64,000 nt of DNA from a virus (Duplodnaviria; Heunggongvirae; Uroviricota; Caudoviricetes), in the IMG/VR virus record IMGVR_UViG_3300046656_000613, positions 30,167 through 94,166 of that record; one strand, 5' to 3'. The position numbers and the translations under genes were made by a program. The number at the start of each line of letters is the position of its first letter. The first letter of the stretch is position 1. The notes below the pieces were generated by a model. That model saw only the letters and a program-made list of their open reading frames with translations, made no database searches and was not told the DNA's origin. Shown in pieces: positions 62,767 to 64,000 of this stretch.

Positions 62767-63215
62767 CACCTGGAGGCCGGTCGCGCCGAGCGAGGCAACC
62801 ATGGCGATGGCGGGGAGGGCTGCCATTCCCAAATCCTTAGTTTGCGGTTGGGATCTCGAAAGTCTGACATCACCTTCTCGGTCCGCTTGAATCCGATGGC
62901 GGCGAGAAGTCGGTGGGAGGTGGGGTGAGCATCATCCTGCTGGACGATGATCGGATCGGTCTGCTCTTTGAGGAAATGTCGCATGGCCACGACGACTTGC
63001 CAGCCAAGCGGGGGAGCCGTTTCGGAAACGGAGAGGAAGGCGATCCAGCGGCCATCATCTTCAAAGATCGAACCAAAATAGCTGGGATCTTTGTACAGGC
63101 CGGACATGGCGACCACGGTGCCGTCGATGATGGCGCAGCGCAGCGACCGAATAGCCGGATCACTCTTTCCGAAAAACGCCCTCTCCTCATCGGGGGTAGC
63201 GTCACGGATCTGCAT
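62766..63215 (-). CDS. GNAT-family acetyltransferase-like protein
   Basis: About 150 aa with an acetyl-CoA-site-like beta-alpha pattern; start overlaps the upstream stop (TAATG). Confidence 0.4.
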   Translation of the reverse strand: MQIRDATPDEERAFFGKSDPAIRSLRCAIIDGTVVAMSGLYKDPSYFGSIFEDDGRWIAFLSVSETAPPLGWQVVVAMRHFLKEQTDPIIVQQDDAHPTSHRLLAAIGFKRTEKVMSDFRDPNRKLRIWEWQPSPPSPWLPRSARPASR

Positions 63216-64000
63216 TACTTTTCCTTGGTCTCGATGCCGACCAACATGGCGCTGAGGCCGGCAGAATGCCCTGCTTTGATTTTGATGTGCACGCGGGCGT
63301 CGGTGTCCCAATTGCCGGGGAAGGACTGGATCTCCTCCTCGACCGAACGATCGAAATACGTGACCACGCCGCGGGCCAGCCCATCACCCTGGATCTCGGG
63401 AAGCTCCGACATCTCAGCTTCGACGAAGCTCTGGCCGAACAGCAGTCCGCGAGGATGGGTATCGAGCAGGGCCAGACCGACATGCTCGATGTTCTTCTTT
63501 TGCAGCAGCGCCGTGCCAGCCTGCCCGGCAAAAGCCAACTTGGCGGATTTGTAGAAGCCCTCATAGGGCAGCCCAACGCAGACCGTCCCCTCAACGCCCT
63601 CTTCGGTGGCGATCGCGCCATCCTCGACCGTATAGGCTGTCCCGGTCGGGCCAAAGCTGCCGTCGGCCTGGGCGCCGATGATGATCACCTCGCGTCCCTC
63701 AAGATGATCGAGTCCGCTGATGACCTGCCCGATGCCACCCAATCCCTCTACCTCGATGAAGCTGTCCACCAGCCGCGTGCCATTTTTGACGATGGCCTTC
63801 TGCTGGACTGGATCAAAGACGCGGGTGAAGGTTTCCTTGTGGCGGGCCAGTCGTTCAATGTAATAATCTGTTGTCGTTCCGCCAGCGCCGTCGGAGATCA
63901 TGCGCTCAACGGCGGCGAATACAGCATCTTCACCCAACTGCGGGAGAATCACAACAGAAACAATGCGATCTGCTGTACGATTTACATCGAGGCTGCCGAT
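63215..64000 (-). CDS. virion structural protein (tail/tubular-like), 5'-partial because the ORF runs off the window end
   Basis: ORF stays open to position 64000; beta-rich Gly/Thr composition. Confidence 0.45.
   Translation of the reverse strand: MGSLDVNRTADRIVSVVILPQLGEDAVFAAVERMISDGAGGTTTDYYIERLARHKETFTRVFDPVQQKAIVKNGTRLVDSFIEVEGLGGIGQVISGLDHLEGREVIIIGAQADGSFGPTGTAYTVEDGAIATEEGVEGTVCVGLPYEGFYKSAKLAFAGQAGTALLQKKNIEHVGLALLDTHPRGLLFGQSFVEAEMSELPEIQGDGLARGVVTYFDRSVEEEIQSFPGNWDTDARVHIKIKAGHSAGLSAMLVGIETKEK

Overview
This 64 kb window is high-GC (about 64-65 %) and gene-dense, and reads as part of a large phage or prophage of an alphaproteobacterium rather than ordinary chromosome. Host clues are a tRNA-His with no encoded G-1 and an A73 discriminator, an Omp25/RopB-type outer-membrane beta-barrel, and CTTGAC-type promoters.

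The modules, left to right:
- 0.1-8.7 kb: a minus-strand early region (SSB, HAD-like hydrolase, many small proteins, XRE/RHH/HTH regulators).
- 7.9-9.0 kb: an unusual non-coding control region (leaderless promoter with TCTAGA repeats, G-quadruplex motif, CGCATGCG palindromes, a DnaA box and a T3/T7-like promoter core).
- 9.1-19.1 kb: a plus-strand array of about 25 small genes, including DUF932 and an acidic protein, with a recurring upstream leader in which a box complementary to the Shine-Dalgarno sequence (anti-SD box) could pair with and hide the ribosome-binding site.
- 19.15-20.0 kb: seven minus-strand tRNAs.
- 20.3-27.6 kb: minus-strand genes including a PrimPol-like protein, a P-loop helicase-like ATPase and a replication initiator, interrupted by a 620-bp degenerate hexamer-repeat tract.
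- 28.7-29.1 kb: a cluster of chimeric or permuted-looking tRNA-like sequences.
- 29.3-36.9 kb: antirepressor, HslV-like Ntn hydrolase, secreted/outer-membrane cargo, an N6-adenine methyltransferase and a Cro-like regulator.
- 37.3-44.1 kb: a plus-strand recombination/accessory module (RecT-like, NinB/Orf, HNH, DGQHR-domain protein, LexA-like winged-helix, HicB-like).
- 44.1-45.9 kb: lysis genes (GH24 lysozyme, holin-like).
- 45.95-49.68 kb: a plus-strand array of about 23 tRNAs with an embedded SPFH/band-7 gene.
- 49.8-64.0 kb: a minus-strand virion-internal/ejection-like module dominated by a 3299-aa protein carrying ART-like and HExxH motifs.

No integrase, terminase or capsid genes lie in the window. 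Two stretches may be mis-registered by one base in my reading of the sequence, so coordinates are approximate there. Around 48.1-48.34 kb the ORF track runs one base ahead of my count. In the minus-strand tRNA-Ser(TGA) gene near 19.4 kb, a one-base anchor conflict forces a G-U reading of the acceptor stem and could hide an off-by-one.
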